Shown piece after piece: positions 1 to 12,420 of a stretch of DNA of 64,000 nucleotides. The notes under the pieces were generated by a model. It saw nothing but the letters and a program-made list of their open reading frames with translations, was not told where the DNA came from and made no database searches. How positions within the stretch are numbered: position 1 is the stretch's first letter; the number at the start of each line of letters is the position of its first letter. This DNA comes from Hypanus sabinus. Taxonomy: Eukaryota. A program made the translations under genes and the position numbers. The stretch spans positions 35,464,001-35,528,000 of the forward strand of contig NC_082729.1 in NCBI RefSeq assembly GCF_030144855.1. Reading direction: 5' to 3'.

Positions 1-170
1 AATACTTCCTTCTGTGGGCAAACCACTTTTGCTTCCTCAAAGCCTGGATCATGAACCTCCTGACTTTATGGACAATGGGGGAACTGAGTCAGTTTACAGA
101 CGCTGGAATCTGGAGCAACACGCAAGAAGCCAAGGGGATCTCTGCGGGTCCGGCAGCAGCTATGGAGATG

Positions 171-800
171 AACAGACAGACAGACAGACATACTTTACTG
201 ATCCCGAGGGAAATTGGGTTTCGTTACAGCTGCACCAACCAAGAATAGTGTAGAAATATAGCAATATAAAACCACAAATAATTAAATCATAATAAATTAA
301 TCATGCCAAGTGGAAATAAGTCCAGGACCAGCCTATTGGCTCAAGATGTCTGACACTCCAAGGGAGGAGTTGTAAAGTTTGATGGCCACAGGCAGGAATG
401 ACTTCCTATGACGCTCAGTGTTGCATCTCGGTGGAATGAGTCTCTGGCTGAATGTACTCCTGTGCCTAACCAGTTCACTATGGAGTAGATGGGAGTCATT
501 GTCCAAGATGGCATGCAACTTGGACAGCATCCTCTTTTCAGACACCACCGTCAGAGAGTCCAGTTCCACCCCCACAACATCGCTGGCCTTACGAATGAGT
601 TTGTTGATTCTGTTGGATCTGCTACGCTCAGCCTGCTGCCCCAGCACACAACAGCAAACATGATAGCACTGGCCACCACAGCCTCGTAAAACATCCTCAG
701 CATCGTTCGGCAGATGTTAAAGGACCTCAGTCTCCTCAGGAAATAGAGACGGCTCTGACCCTTCTTGTAGACAGTCTCAGTGTTCTTTGACCAGTCCAGT
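171..800 (-). mobile_element. Rex1/Babar-type LINE 3' fragment
   Basis: ORFs 551-874 and 333-647 (KKGQSRLYFLRRLRSF, FAVVCWG, RCNTERHRKSFLPVAIKLYN) match the C-terminal RT region of fish non-LTR elements; (TCTG)n tail at 171-190. Confidence 0.8.
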
Positions 801-809
801 CCGGACCAG

Positions 810-925
810 AACGAGGCAGTCCTGGTGAAGGGTCTGGGCCCAAAACGTTGATGGCCATCTCCCTCCAGAGACACTGCCCGACCTGCCGAGTTCCTCCATC
901 TCCTGTACTTTTGAGCATGAGCATT
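810..925 (+). mobile_element. Penelope pseudo-LTR fragment with degenerate hammerhead motif
   Basis: CAGTC CTGGTGA AGGGTCTGGGCCC AAAACGTT GATGG at 817-854 has two core mismatches; downstream sequence matches the other copies. Confidence 0.6.
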
Positions 926-944
926 CCCGCCGACAGCATTCCTT

Positions 945-1090
945 CACAGAAGCTTATTTTTATTTAAGGGATACAGCACAGTCAATAGCCCCTTCTGGCC
1001 ATCGAGTCCATGCCACCCAATTATACCCATGTGACCAATTACCCTACTAACCCACACGTCTTTGGAATGGGGAGGAAGCACGCGGGCAGA
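945..1090 (-). mobile_element. SINE fragment with CR1-like tail
   Basis: Resembles other SINE pieces in the window (for example 23860-24000); recognised by pattern only. Confidence 0.45.
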
Positions 1091-1244
1091 TTCACAAACC
1101 TCTGGGGGAAAAGCGTTTCTCCTCATCTCCCTCCTAAGTCAAAACCCCAGAATGTTGGGCCGATGCTTCTTAGTTCTCATCTCACCTACAATTTTCTTGT
1201 CTCTTTTTTTGCTCCTGCCTTTCAAACATTTATACACGCAGTGG

Positions 1245-1766
1245 GGTACTTAAAGTGGCCACTCAGTGTATGATCTCCTGCTGCTGTAGCCCATCCATTT
1301 TAACACTCGACGTGTTGTACATTCAGAGATGCTCTTCTGCACACCACTGTTGTAACGAGTGGTTATTTGAATTGCTGTCACCTTCCTGTCAGCTTGAACC
1401 AGTCTTGCCTTTCTCCTTTGACCTCTCTCATTAATGAGATGTTTTCACCCACTGAACTGCCACTCACTGGATGCATTTTGTTTTTCACACCATTCTCTAT
1501 AAACTCTAGAGACTTGTGCGTGAAAATCCCAGGAGATCAGCAGTTTCTGAGATACTCAAACCACCCCATCTAGCACCAACAATCATTCCACGGTCAAAGT
1601 CACTTAGATCGTGTTCCTTCCCCATTCTGATGTTTGGTCTGAACAACAACTGAACCTCTTGCCCATGTCTGCATGCTTTTATTCATTGAGTTGCTGCCAC
1701 ATGATTGGCTGATTAGATATTTACATTAACAGGCAGGTGTGCCTGATAAAATGGCAACTGAGTGTA
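1245..1766 (-). mobile_element. Internally deleted Tc1/mariner element
   Basis: Terminus TACACTCAGTTGCC at 1766; minus-strand ATG at 1625 gives MGKEHDLSDFDRGMIVGARWGGLSISETADLLGFSR (paired-like HTH of Tc1 transposases), then frameshifts and stops; second TIR-like copy at ~1250-1270. Confidence 0.75.
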
Positions 1767-1989
1767 AATTAGTGAGGTGGCAGAGAATTCCACAGCTTCA
1801 CTAACATCTGTGAGAAGCAGTTCCTCCTCATCTCAGTCCTAAATCTAGTTTTAGTCACACTCACCGATGGAAAAAACTTTCTTGCCTCTGTCTTTACATA
1901 TTCCTTTCATAATCTCATCTTCGCTTACAACTTCCTTTCAGCTTCTCTCCCACTCCCTTTCGTAATTTTGTACGTTTGTACAAGATTCA

Positions 1990-2225
1990 AGCCTTTTACC
2001 TTTTCTATCCACCTGGCTCCCTATCACCTTCTAGCTATCCTCCTTCCCTTCCCTGTCTACCTTTTTTATTCTGTATTCTTCCCCCTTCCTTTCCAGGCCT
2101 GAAGGAGGGTCTCTACCCGAAACGTTGACAGTTTATTCATTTCCACAGATGCTGCCTGACCTGCTGAGCTCCCCCAGCATTTTGTGTGAGTTGCTCCGGA
2201 TTTCCAGCATCTGCAGACCTTCTCA
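1990..2225 (+). mobile_element. Penelope pseudo-LTR fragment with degenerate hammerhead motif
   Basis: Pyrimidine-rich tract, then CAGGC CTGAAGG AGGGTCTCTACCC GAAACGTT GACAG (2094-2131) and gatgctgcctgacctgctgag, as in the other copies. Confidence 0.65.
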
Positions 2226-2239
2226 CTTCAAGGAATTTA

Positions 2240-3080
2240 GGTGTGGAAGGGTGGGGTTTGTATGTTTGCAGATGACACGAAGGTTGGTGGAGCTGTGGTT
2301 AGCGGAGAAGGTTGTCATGGGTTACAACGGGACAGGGTGAAGAGCCGGGCTGATGGAGTTCAAGCCGGCAAAGTGTGAAGGGATTCACTTCGGAAAGTCG
2401 AATTTGAAGGCAGAGTGCAGGGTTAGTGGCAGGATTCTGAGCAGTTGGAAGGACAGTGGGAACTCCGTAGACCCTTCAAAGTTGCTGCACAAGTCGATAG
2501 GGTTCTTAAGGAGGTGTATGGTGAGTTGGCCTTCATTGGACAGGGGATTAAGTTCAAGTAATGAGGTAATGTTGCAGCTCTATAAAACCCCTTGGGGTCT
2601 TGCGTTGGGCATTCTAGGAAGGATGTGGAAGCTTTAGAGAGGGTGCAGTGGTGCTGCCTGGATTTGAGGGAAGTCTTATTGAGCAAGGTGGGGCTTTTCA
2701 CTTTGGAGCAACAGAGGATGAGAGGTGACCTGATAGAGGTGTACAAGATGTAAAGAGGCAGAGAAGTTTCCCAGGACAACGGCCAGCACTTGAGGACATC
2801 CATTAGATGGTGATTGGAGGAAAGTTTAGAGGGTGATGTAATTGTTTATATGGAGGGGCGTGTGTGGTGGAATGCACTTTGAGGGGTGATGGTACAGGGA
2901 GATACATTAGATATTTAAGAGATACTTAGATGGGCAAATAGATGATAGAAAAATGGAGGGCTACATAGAAGGGGAGGGTTAGATTGATCCTAGAGTTTGT
3001 TAAAATGATAGCACAACATTGTGGGCCGAAAGGCCTGTACTGGTAGTACAACATTGTGGGTTGGAAGGCCTGCACAGTGC
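2240..3080 (+). mobile_element. CR1 LINE 3' fragment, degenerate
   Basis: FADDTKVGG, CEGIHFGKSN and EVMLQLYKT remnants plus CR1 3' UTR. Confidence 0.75.
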
Positions 3081-3329
3081 TGTAATGTTCATTAGGGCCA
3101 CAAGGGAAGATTTCTGAGGGATGAGATACTTTACCTTCCAGAGGGAGGTGAATTGAGGCCCTCGCTTGGCGTGGAATTGGAGGGGCTGGAGGACCGCAGA
3201 GTTCCAGTGAAGCCAGACACCGCCATCAGTCTCCTGGTGGAGGCAAGAGTGCGGAGTCTGGTGTGCTGGCAGAGCTCCACGGAGCTCCCTCAGGCGGAGG
3301 ACAGGAGAGGGAGTCACTGAGGGATCCCT

Positions 3330-3457
3330 CAGCGTAGCTGTTCCCAGGCTGAGGGCGCCGCCTGGCACAATGCCTCAGGGGCCCAGGTTCACACCAGCGC
3401 AACAATCACCCCTGTCGTGATCGTAAGCGGGGGTGCTGGCGTCACCGGGGTCTGCAG
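3330..3457 (-). pseudogene. Possible decayed CP/TM exon relic
   Basis: LQTPVTPAPPLTITTGVIVALV*TWAPEALCQA aligns ungapped with the intact TM exon at GVIV and LCxA. The stop TGA sits opposite GGA. Nearby AG acceptors are phase 0, not phase 1. Confidence 0.25.
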
Positions 3458-3544
3458 CTGCGGATACCGGGGGTGGGGTTTGGAGCCGGGTCAGAACTCG
3501 ACGCAAATTTATCATCAAAGCACATATTTGTTAGCGGATACCAT

Positions 3545-3960
3545 ACCCGGCTGCATTATCTTGCAGGCATTCGCAGGAGCGTGAAGCAATGCAATAGAAA
3601 AACTATACATAAGCAAAGACAGACCAATAACCAATGTGCAAAATTGTGCAAATATAAAGCAAGTAAATAACACTGAGAACGTGTCACAGAGTCCCTATAT
3701 GTGAGTCTGTGGGTTGTGGAATCAGTTCAGTGTCGAGGTGAGTGAAGTTATCCTCACTGGTTCCTGGTGGCTGAAAGGTTAAAACTGTTCCTGAGCCTGG
3801 TGGCTCCTGTCCCTCCTTCCCAATGGGAGCTGTGAGAAGAGAGCACGGTCTGGATGGTGGGGGTCCTTGGTGACGGATGCTGCTTTCTGGTGACCGCGCT
3901 CCTTGCAGATGGGCCCAGTGGTGGGGAGGGATTGTCCTGTGATGGGCTGAGTGACACCCA
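3545..3960 (-). mobile_element. Rex1/Babar-type LINE 3' fragment
   Basis: Minus-strand remnants (IRHQGPPPSRPCSLL, RLRNSF) of the same C-terminal region seen at 63820-64000. Confidence 0.55.
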
Positions 3961-6414
3961 CCACCTTCCCGCCCCCAACCTGGTCTCACCTGTCACCTGC
4001 CAGCTTCTATTCCACCCCCTCCACTGACCACCTTATTCTGGCTTCCCCTCCGTTCCTTTCCGGTCCTTATGAAGGGTCTCAGCCCGAAGAATCATCTGTT
4101 TATCCCCCTCCACAACTGCTAGCCGACCTGCTGAGTTCCTCCAGCATCTTGCATGCTTTGTACTGAACAGCAGACCCAATGGGCCAATGCCTCGATTCTT
4201 ATGCATGTTGGGGTCTAATTTTTAGAGAGAGGTTGGGCCGGCTCAGGCAGGGTGGGGGGGGAGGGTTCAGAACATAAGGTGTGATCATTACCTTGATCGT
4301 ATGGGCCTTGTCGTATGACGTGGATGATTTCCGTAACCATGATTGTCCTTGGCGAGTTTTTCTACAGGAATGGTTTGCCAATGCTGCCTTCTGGGCAGTG
4401 TCTTTACCAGACGGGTGACGCCCCAGCCGTGATCGATACTCTGCAGAGATTGTCTGCCTGGCATCAGTGGTCACATCATCAGGACTTGTGATCAGCTCCA
4501 GCTGCTCCCATGGCTTCACTTGACCCTGATCGGGGGGGGGGGGGCTAAGCAGGTGCCACACCTTGCCCAAGGGTGACCTGCAGTCTTATGGAGGGAAGGG
4601 GCACCTCACACCTCCTTTGGTAGAGATGCATCTCCTGCCTGCCCACCCGAACACCTTGCATGGGTTCAAGGGATTTAAAAGGAACTCGCAGAGGGTGGAA
4701 TATGTGTGGCACGAGCCGCCAGAGGGAGCGGGTAAGGCTCAAGCAATGGCAACTTTTAAGAGACAGTCGTTCAGGTCGATGGGTGGGAAAGGCTTAGAAG
4801 CTTACGGGCCAAACGCTGGCAAACGTGTCCGACTTGGATGGGGCAACTTGACCAGCTTGGACCAGCTGGGCCGAAGGGCCTGCGCCTATGCGCTATGTCT
4901 CTCTGACTTTAAGATTCGATGACTCCATTAGGATTACAGTAAAGTTCGCCAGGATGAAGTAGTGACCAAAGTTCAAAATGAATTTATTAACAAAGCATGT
5001 ATATGTCACCAAATGCTACCCTGAGATTTGTTTTCCTGCAGATTTCACAGTAGAAGAAAGAGATATGGTGGGATCGGTGAAAAGCCAGTCACAAGACTAA
5101 CACTGCTTGTGCAAAAGAAGGTGAAAGTGAGTCCAGGGGCTGTGGAACCAGTTCAGTGGCGGGTTGACTGAAGTTATCCTATCCAGTTCAGAAGCCTGAA
5201 GTTTGAGGTCCTTACTGTTCCTGAACCTGGTGGTGCGGCCCCTATCCCTCCACAGAGAAGTCAGCAGTGAGAAATAAACCTAACGATACTGCGAGACGCT
5301 TTTTTTTTAAGCTTAGGAAGTCCCAAAATGCTTCAGAGCAATTAAGTAATTTCCAAGTGTTGCAATGTGGGGAACGGGGCTTTTGGCTTGTCCCCGGAGG
5401 AACCCCCAGCGCGCAGAGTGGAAAAGACAGGAGGACGTTTCATTTCTCGTCATCGAGCACTGAATATCTGTCCCGGGACATTTTGGAGATCTGGTCATAC
5501 TGCCCAGCAAGAGAGCAAATGGAGTCCTCCGTTTGATATCTGAGCTGGAACACGTGGCAGTTCAGGAGTAGCCATGCTGAGCACAGTATTGAATGTTATC
5601 GAATCCACTCTGCCTGCACGTGAGCTGTCTCCCTCAATCCTCTGACAGAGGACGAGAGCACCCGAGTTATAGGGAAAGGTCAAACAGGTTCGGGCTTCTC
5701 GAGTTTCCCCTCTGAGGTTGTGTGGGGAGACCTGAACTAGTGGTCACGGGTTCGGGGTGAAAAACGGAATATCCAAGGGGAACCTGAGGGGGAACTTCCT
5801 GGCTCACGGGGTGGTGAGAGTGTGGGACGAGCTGCCGGCTGAAGTGGTGCATGTGGTTTTGATTTCAATATTTCAGAGAAGTTTGGATAAGTACGTGGAC
5901 GGGAGGGGTGTGCAGGGCTAGGGTCCCGGTGTGGGTCGATGGGAGTAGGCAGAATAGCAGTTCAGCATGGACTAGATGGGCCAAAGGGCCCGTTTCTGGG
6001 CTGTTGTACTCTGTCTTTCTAAAAGACCTGAACACCACTATGGTGTCTGGCTCCTTCACCGACCCTCGCAGCCCATTCCCGACACCTGCCTCTGTGTAAA
6101 ACGATTTGCTCCGTGTCTGTTCTTCAATCTCTGCGCCCCCCCCCCCCCCCCCCCCAGCTTGGATGCCCGTCCTTCAGTCTTTGACATTTCCACACTGAAG
6201 AGAAAGACTCTGCCCCTCGATATCTCACAAACTTCCATCAGGCCTCCAATGCTCCAGAGAAAACCACGCTAGCTTGTCCATGTAGCCCACGCCCTGAATC
6301 CAGGAGGATCCTGGCCAAGCTCTTCTGCACTCTCAGTTCTCACTGATCTGCCGAACTCTGACAGCTTGGAGTTCCACTCGGAACCACTCACTTTGTAAAG
6401 TTAAACTTGGGCAG

Positions 6415-7660
6415 ACTTTACGTTAGGATTCCGAGCAGTGTGGAGGGACAGAAGAGGATCTTGCGGTCCGAGCCCATGGGTGCCTCGACGTCGGCAGGCA
6501 GGCTTATAGGACGGTGAAGACGGGGTATGGAGTGTTGGCCGTCATCAGTCGGAGGATCCGTAAGATAACGCTTCATCTCCACGAAGCTCAGGTTAGACCA
6601 CACTTGAAGTATCGTCTTCAGTTCAGGCCACTTCATTAAGGACACGGAAACTTCAGGGAGGGTGCGGAGAAGGTTCACCAGAATGCTGCCTGGATTAGAG
6701 AGCACGTCTTATGAAGACAGGTTCGGCGAGCTGGGCTTTTCTCTCCACGGCAGAGGAGGATGAGATGTGACCTGATCGAGGTGTACAAGACGATAAGAGG
6801 CATCGAGGGAGTGGACAGCCAGAGGCTTTCTCTCAAGGCAGAAATGGCTAATATGATGGGGGCATAATTTTAAGGTGATTAGAGGAAAGTATAAAGGGGA
6901 TGTCAGAGGTAGGTTTTTCACACCGAGAAATGCAGAATGCCCCAGCAGGGGTGACAGTGGATGCAAATTCTTTAGGGACATTTAAGAAACTCTTGGACAA
7001 GCAAATGGATGATAGAAAAATGGAGGGCTATGTGGGAGGGAAGGGTTGGATTAATCTTAAAATAGGTAAATAGCTGGGCATAACATAAGATCTTAAGACA
7101 TGGGGCCAGAATTAAGCCATTTGCCCCATCAATTCTGCTCTGCCACTCAATCATGGCTGATCCTTTTCCCCCTCCTCAGCCCCACTCCCTGTAACCCTTT
7201 CATGCCATGTCCAATCAAGAACCTATCACGCTCTGCCTTAAATACACCCAATGACCCGGCCTGTGACTGTGGCAATAAATTTGACAAATTCACCAGCCTC
7301 TGGCTAAAGAAATTTCTTCGCATCTCTGTTTTAAATGGATGCCCCTCTATCCTGAGGCTGTGCCCTCTTGTCCTAGACTCCCCCACCATGGGAAACATCC
7401 TTTCCACATCTAATCTGTCTAGGCCTTTCATCTTTTGAAAGGTTTCAATGAGATCCCACCCCCCCCTTCCAAATTCTATTGTGGGCAGAATGGCCCATTC
7501 TGTGTTGTAACGTTCTATTTTCTCCGTAACCTCCACTCCTCCACATCCTCCCTGGGATGGGATGGCCAGAACTGCACACAGTCAGACCAAGTGCACGCCG
7601 CCCAACGTTTTACACAACCGTGACGCGACTTGCTGACGCTGACCTGCAATGACTTTCTAG
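6415..7660. mobile_element. Two oppositely oriented CR1 3' fragments (plus 6415-7090, minus 7090-7660)
   Basis: RPHLKYRLQFRPL-type remnant on plus; GLDRLDVERMFPMVGESRTRGHSLRIEG on minus (ORF 7147-7536). Confidence 0.7.
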
Positions 7661-9309
7661 AAGATTGTGTCAGTGTGTCGTTCCTGACAGAGTTCAGCAG
7701 TGCCACACTTCTCCAGCCTTCTCGCGGTGCCACAGCCCCTGGGTAACGTTCCCCATCCCCCTCGGCAGTACCCCCCCACGCTGCACCTTCACATCATCGC
7801 TATCCTCTCCCACAGAGCGGCAATTCCCAAAGACTCCAAGAGCGGCTTCCGAGACCTTAAGCTCAGCTCCCTCCGCAAGTGGGTCCCACGGCCCCAGATT
7901 CAGACTGATTTGTACATCATTAGTGTCTCGAAAGAACCAACGCAACATCAGGGCATGCTGGGGGGCAGCCCGCAAGTGTCGCCTCACATTCTGATGCCAA
8001 CATAGCTTGCCCACCACGTTCAGCAGAACAACAGCAAACCAAAGCCCTTTCCCTCCCTCTCATCCGCTGACCCACGCACACACAGACAGTCCGCCAAACC
8101 CAGGAAGGGCTGGCTCTCTGGGGCATTTGGAGACCCAGTGCTGGAGGCCATTGGGTCTCAATCTCCAGACTCGCCACCGACCTTCCGTCCTTGACCACAG
8201 GGCACGATGATGATGGGACTCTTCTCCAGTCCTCGAACTCCGGCCTCATCGATGATGTGAGACCCGGACTCCAGACACACCAACTGGAGTAGCTAAGGGG
8301 TCACCAGCCCTCATCCCTCCTGCCTGCCTGGACCTGCAATCCCACTGCCTCTACAGTGAACTGACTGACCCAGGGTGTGGAGGAGAACCAACTCTCGTCT
8401 CCGCTTGTCTTTGTCCAGCATGTTTGCCAACTGGACATCCATCCATATTGTCTCTGGACTTGGTACGCGGAGCAAAGCCTCAGATCTGGCCTGACCTCTA
8501 ACTCCCCCACTTCCCTGTCGCTAAATCCTAACCCGACCCTTAAAACCTCTCTCTGTCCCCAAAAACATCTATGTGAACCTGAAACATCGAGAGAGACCCA
8601 AGCTCAGTGCCATCTTACCGGGAGGAAATGGCTCAGTTACCCAGGGAGCAGTGGACAGTGGCCACAAAACAAGAGTCTGGGCTCAGGCCTCATCGGACTG
8701 ATGGAGAGTGGGAAAAGGCAGGGCAGTTAGGCACAGAGGCATTTAGGCACGTAAAGGTATATAGGGTATTTAGGGCAGAGCATTTAAAGTGGGAAGAGGC
8801 AGAAGATTTTGGATACACGAGTCATCTGTAAGTTCAAGGGAAGTCAAGTCCTAAACATTGGTGGACTGATGGATAAGGACTGACCATTACAGTGTCTAAC
8901 TGATTAGTAAGGGCATGCTGAACGCTGTGTTAATGAATGAAGTGAACCAGGCTGGGTTAATGGCAGGAGGGCAAGGAATCTGCCTATCTCTGTGTGTCTC
9001 TCTCTGTTTGTGGTTCTCCTGTCTATTGGAACACCTTGCCCTGGATTCTTTAGACTGGAAACTGCCATCGGTGCCTCCGACCCAGGGTGATTTCCTGAGC
9101 GACTTGGAATTCGCAGTTCTCCCAACAACAATCAAGTGGTGATTAAGAATCCTGAGTCCTGGAATCTTTGTGATGTGCTACAGAGTATTTTGATTGCCTT
9201 TCTATTTTTATGGTAATAAGTTGGGCTTAAGTTCCTTTGTTGGGCCTGTTTGCTCATTATATCTCTTGGACACTCGACTAGTTTGGGTCTGGTCCACCCA
9301 GCCCACTAC

Positions 9310-9850
9310 AGCATACGTACTTTCAATGCTGGATGAACTCAGCAGGTCGGGCAGCATCCATGGAAATGAGCAGTCAACGTTTCGGGCAAGACCCTTCATC
9401 AGGACTGAAGGAGGGGGCAGGGGCCCTATAAAGAAGGTGGGGGGAGGGTGGAAGGTGCCAGGTGAGAAACCAATCAGAGGAAAGATCAAGGGGTGGGGGA
9501 GGGGATAGGCCGGAGAGGTGAAGAAGGAATGTAAGGGGAAAGCACTATGGATAGTAGTAGAAGAGGGAATCATGAGAGAGGTGATAGACAGCTGGCAGAG
9601 TGAAACTGGGAGGGAGGAGGGGAGAGGGAGGGAATTACCAGAAATTGGAGAATTCGATGTTCATACCCTGGAGACTACCCAGACGGTATATGAGGTGTTG
9701 CTCCTCCAACCTGAGTTTGGTCTCATCATGGCAATAGAGGAGGCCGTGTATGGACATATCCGAATGGGAATGTGAAGCAGAGTTGAAGTGGGTGGCAACC
9801 GGGAGATCCTGTCTGTTGTGGCGGACGGAGCGGAGGTGTCGAGCAAACGT
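9310..9850 (-). mobile_element. Penelope-like element 3' fragment (GIY-YIG tail plus pseudo-LTR)
   Basis: The reverse complement closely matches 28700-29255, which encodes the GIY-YIG C-terminus ending GLNIEFSNFR* followed by a pyrimidine-rich terminal repeat. Confidence 0.8.
9371..9407 (-). ncRNA. Minimal type I hammerhead ribozyme motif in Penelope terminal repeat (core intact)
   Basis: Minus strand reads CAGUC-CUGAUGA-A-GGG(UCUUG)CCC-GAAAC-GUU-GACUG: stem I CAGUC/GACUG, conserved core, 3-bp stem II, and stem III reduced to the palindrome AACGUU. Confidence 0.75.
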
Positions 9851-10248
9851 ACAAACACCTTCTCACCTCCCTGGCCGTGTCGTCACATTAATGTTTTACG
9901 TACCAGCACACCTTGGTCCCTCTGTTCTACAACCAACCTTCCCTCTAATTCTTTTAACCGCTGTGTGGACTAACCACTGCTCTGAAAACTGCCTGGCACT
10001 TTAAATGTTATTTTTATATGAATATTACAGCATCCACATTCAGCGGGCCGGCAGGTTATTAACATTGAGCCACTGACTTCCATTCTGTGTTTATTGTTAC
10101 AATTTGTAGCAGTGTTGTAACTTGTAACATTGACAATGTAAGTGCATTGATGCTCTAAAATGTTTCAAAGTAAAGTTTGCAGTAATGTTTATTATTTAGA
10201 AAATAAATGAACTCTATCATTAACATAATTAATTACAGGGTATTTCTC

Positions 10249-11489
10249 TTTCTTTCTTTCTAAATCTTTTTATTAATATTAATAATATGGACAGAATACA
10301 GATGATATATTGATAAAGAAATTACCAACATACACATTCCATTACATATGAAAAAAAAACATACATAATAGTTACAATATAAATGAGTTTACCAAGACAT
10401 AAGCCATAAGATATATGTATGGACATAGTAAATCTAAATATTTCATAATGTATAATATAAAAAAAACAGAAAAAAGAAAGAAAAAAAAAACAAAAAAAAT
10501 TTATATAATGCAAAACTAACTAATCTAATCTAATAACTATAGCTAATAAGTAATATAAAAGAAAAAAAAAACAAACAAAAGAGAAGGGAAAAAAAAAGTG
10601 GGCTGTTTATAATATCTCACAAAAATAAGTATTCATCAATGCCATCACTTCCGGTCCTCTCAAAATACATAAGCTAAAAGCTGGGAAATCAAATGTACTT
10701 GGCAAAGGGTCATATTACATCATATGAAAATGTTGAATAAATGGTCTCCATAACTTTTCAAATTTAATAGAAGTCTCAAAAGTACCACTTCTAATTTTTT
10801 CTAAATTTAAACATAACATAGTTTGAGAGAACCAATTAAATACAGTGGGAGGATCAATTTCTTTCCAATTCAACAATATAGATCTTCTAGCCATCAAAGT
10901 TAGAAATGCAATCATTCGACGGGCTGAAGAAGATAAATGCTGTGAATCTAACATTGGTAAACCAAAAATTGCGGTAATAGGATGAGGTTGTAAATCAATA
11001 TTCAAAACCGCAGATATAATATCAAAAATATCCAACAGATATAACTTGCCGAGATTTCATTTTTTTAGATATTTACAGATTAGACATTTTTTAAGTTCTG
11101 TACTCTCTACGTTTCCAAATTTTGTGCCTTCAGATACTTTGGAGAGTTTATTTGAATTAGACCCTTTTCAAAAAGGGCTTATTTCAAAACTTTATAATAT
11201 AATTATGAAGATACGTTCAGAGCCCCTTTATAAGACTAAACAGGATTGGGAAAGAGAGCTTAGTTTTAGTATTTCTAGTGAGAATTGGGATAGAATTCTT
11301 CAATTAGTTAATACATCATCGTTATGTGCCAAACATTCACTAATACAATTTAAGGTTGTACATAGGGCCCATATGTCCAAGGATAAATTAGCTCATTTTT
11401 ACTCTCATATAAGTCCTATTTGTGATAGATGTCATTCTGAAATTGCGTCTTTAACTCACATGTTTTGGTCGTGTTCATTTTTGGAGAAA
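10249..11489 (-). mobile_element. 5'-truncated L1-clade LINE with 5' inversion (twin-priming structure)
   Basis: Minus segment 10249-~11038 holds the ORF2 C-terminus (DIFDIISAVL...KLWRPFIQHF), an A/T-rich 3' UTR, AATAAA and a (GAAA)n tail. Plus segment ~11039-11489 holds the immediately upstream ORF2 part with CDRC-x7-H-x4-C. TSD TACAGGGTATTTCTC at 10234-10248 and 11490-11504. Confidence 0.9.
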
Positions 11490-11919
11490 TACAGGGTATT
11501 TCTCAATATTAACATAGATTTCAAAATTATATTCACATCATTTCAAAATTATGCCAACATTTCAAAATTATATTAACATTATATGAAAGAGAATTTCACC
11601 TGCACGCTAACAATGGCTTTGTGTACAAGAACTTTTCAGTTACTACGTGGCCGCACACCCATACAGGTTAAAGGGAACAGTGTCCACAACACTCACCAAG
11701 ACATGCCTGTTCACTGTGTATGCCCTGCCATGAAAATGTTACACCTTGCGTTTATCTGAGTTGAACTTCACCTGCGGTTCCTTACAGATGTCTGGTGGAA
11801 GTGTATTTTAGCCTTTCCCTATAGCGCCCTCTACTGTTCACCCTCTCTCTCATTCAAGTTTATTGTCAAGGGAACAGATGCACAGCTTATAAATACCACT
11901 TCCTTCAGGTTGTCAAAGC

Positions 11920-12420
11920 CTGGGAAGATAGTGGGGATGAGCTCCCAGTGGTGTACACTCAAAGAACCTCTGACCAAGTCCAGCTCCTGGAACTTCACAT
12001 CTGGTTTAGCTACTGAGCCCAGCGAAACAGTTTCTACAGACAGGGGAAGGGGCAGATGTGGGTTACTCGTCCCTTAAACCCAATTGCCTCAAGTAGACGG
12101 GGCTCTTCACCTGTGGTTGGTGGCTCATCGAAGGGAAGGAAAAATCTGATCTCAAACCTGCGCTGCTTTGTGGCTACACCCACTCATGGGAAAGGTTTCG
12201 GGAGTGAACTCAGAGGGAAAAATCCGGAGCTGGATAAGGCAACCCAACGCTGACTGGCATCCCCTGCCACGCTGCTGGTGCCAAACTCTATCAGCCTCTG
12301 CCGTTCCTTTGGATTCGTCAGCAGCATGGAGGGGGGGAGCCCGCTGTGTGGGCAACAGCTAGCTCACCGTATCGTACGGCTCCGAGTTGCGTACCATCTT
12401 ACATATCACGTAGACAGCTG
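11920..12420 (+). repeat. Unclassified interspersed repeat (second copy at ~14480-14895)
   Basis: Shares collinear blocks (gagctcccact/agt, tttctactgacaggaga, ctcaaacc, cccactcatggg, gagggaaaa) with 14480-14895. Confidence 0.55.

Noticed and set aside
5300-5660. Minus-strand PELPRVPAQISNGGLHLLSCWAV resembling a C1-set start
   Set aside because: Followed immediately by a stop; no consistent FYP, W or second Cys-x-x-x-H in any frame; no suitable phase-1 acceptor.
8060-8600. Non-repeat GC-moderate island with splice-like words (cacag|...|gtgaga) and a 10-nt match to the alpha2 acceptor
   Set aside because: No recognisable protein motif in six frames; such short matches are expected by chance.
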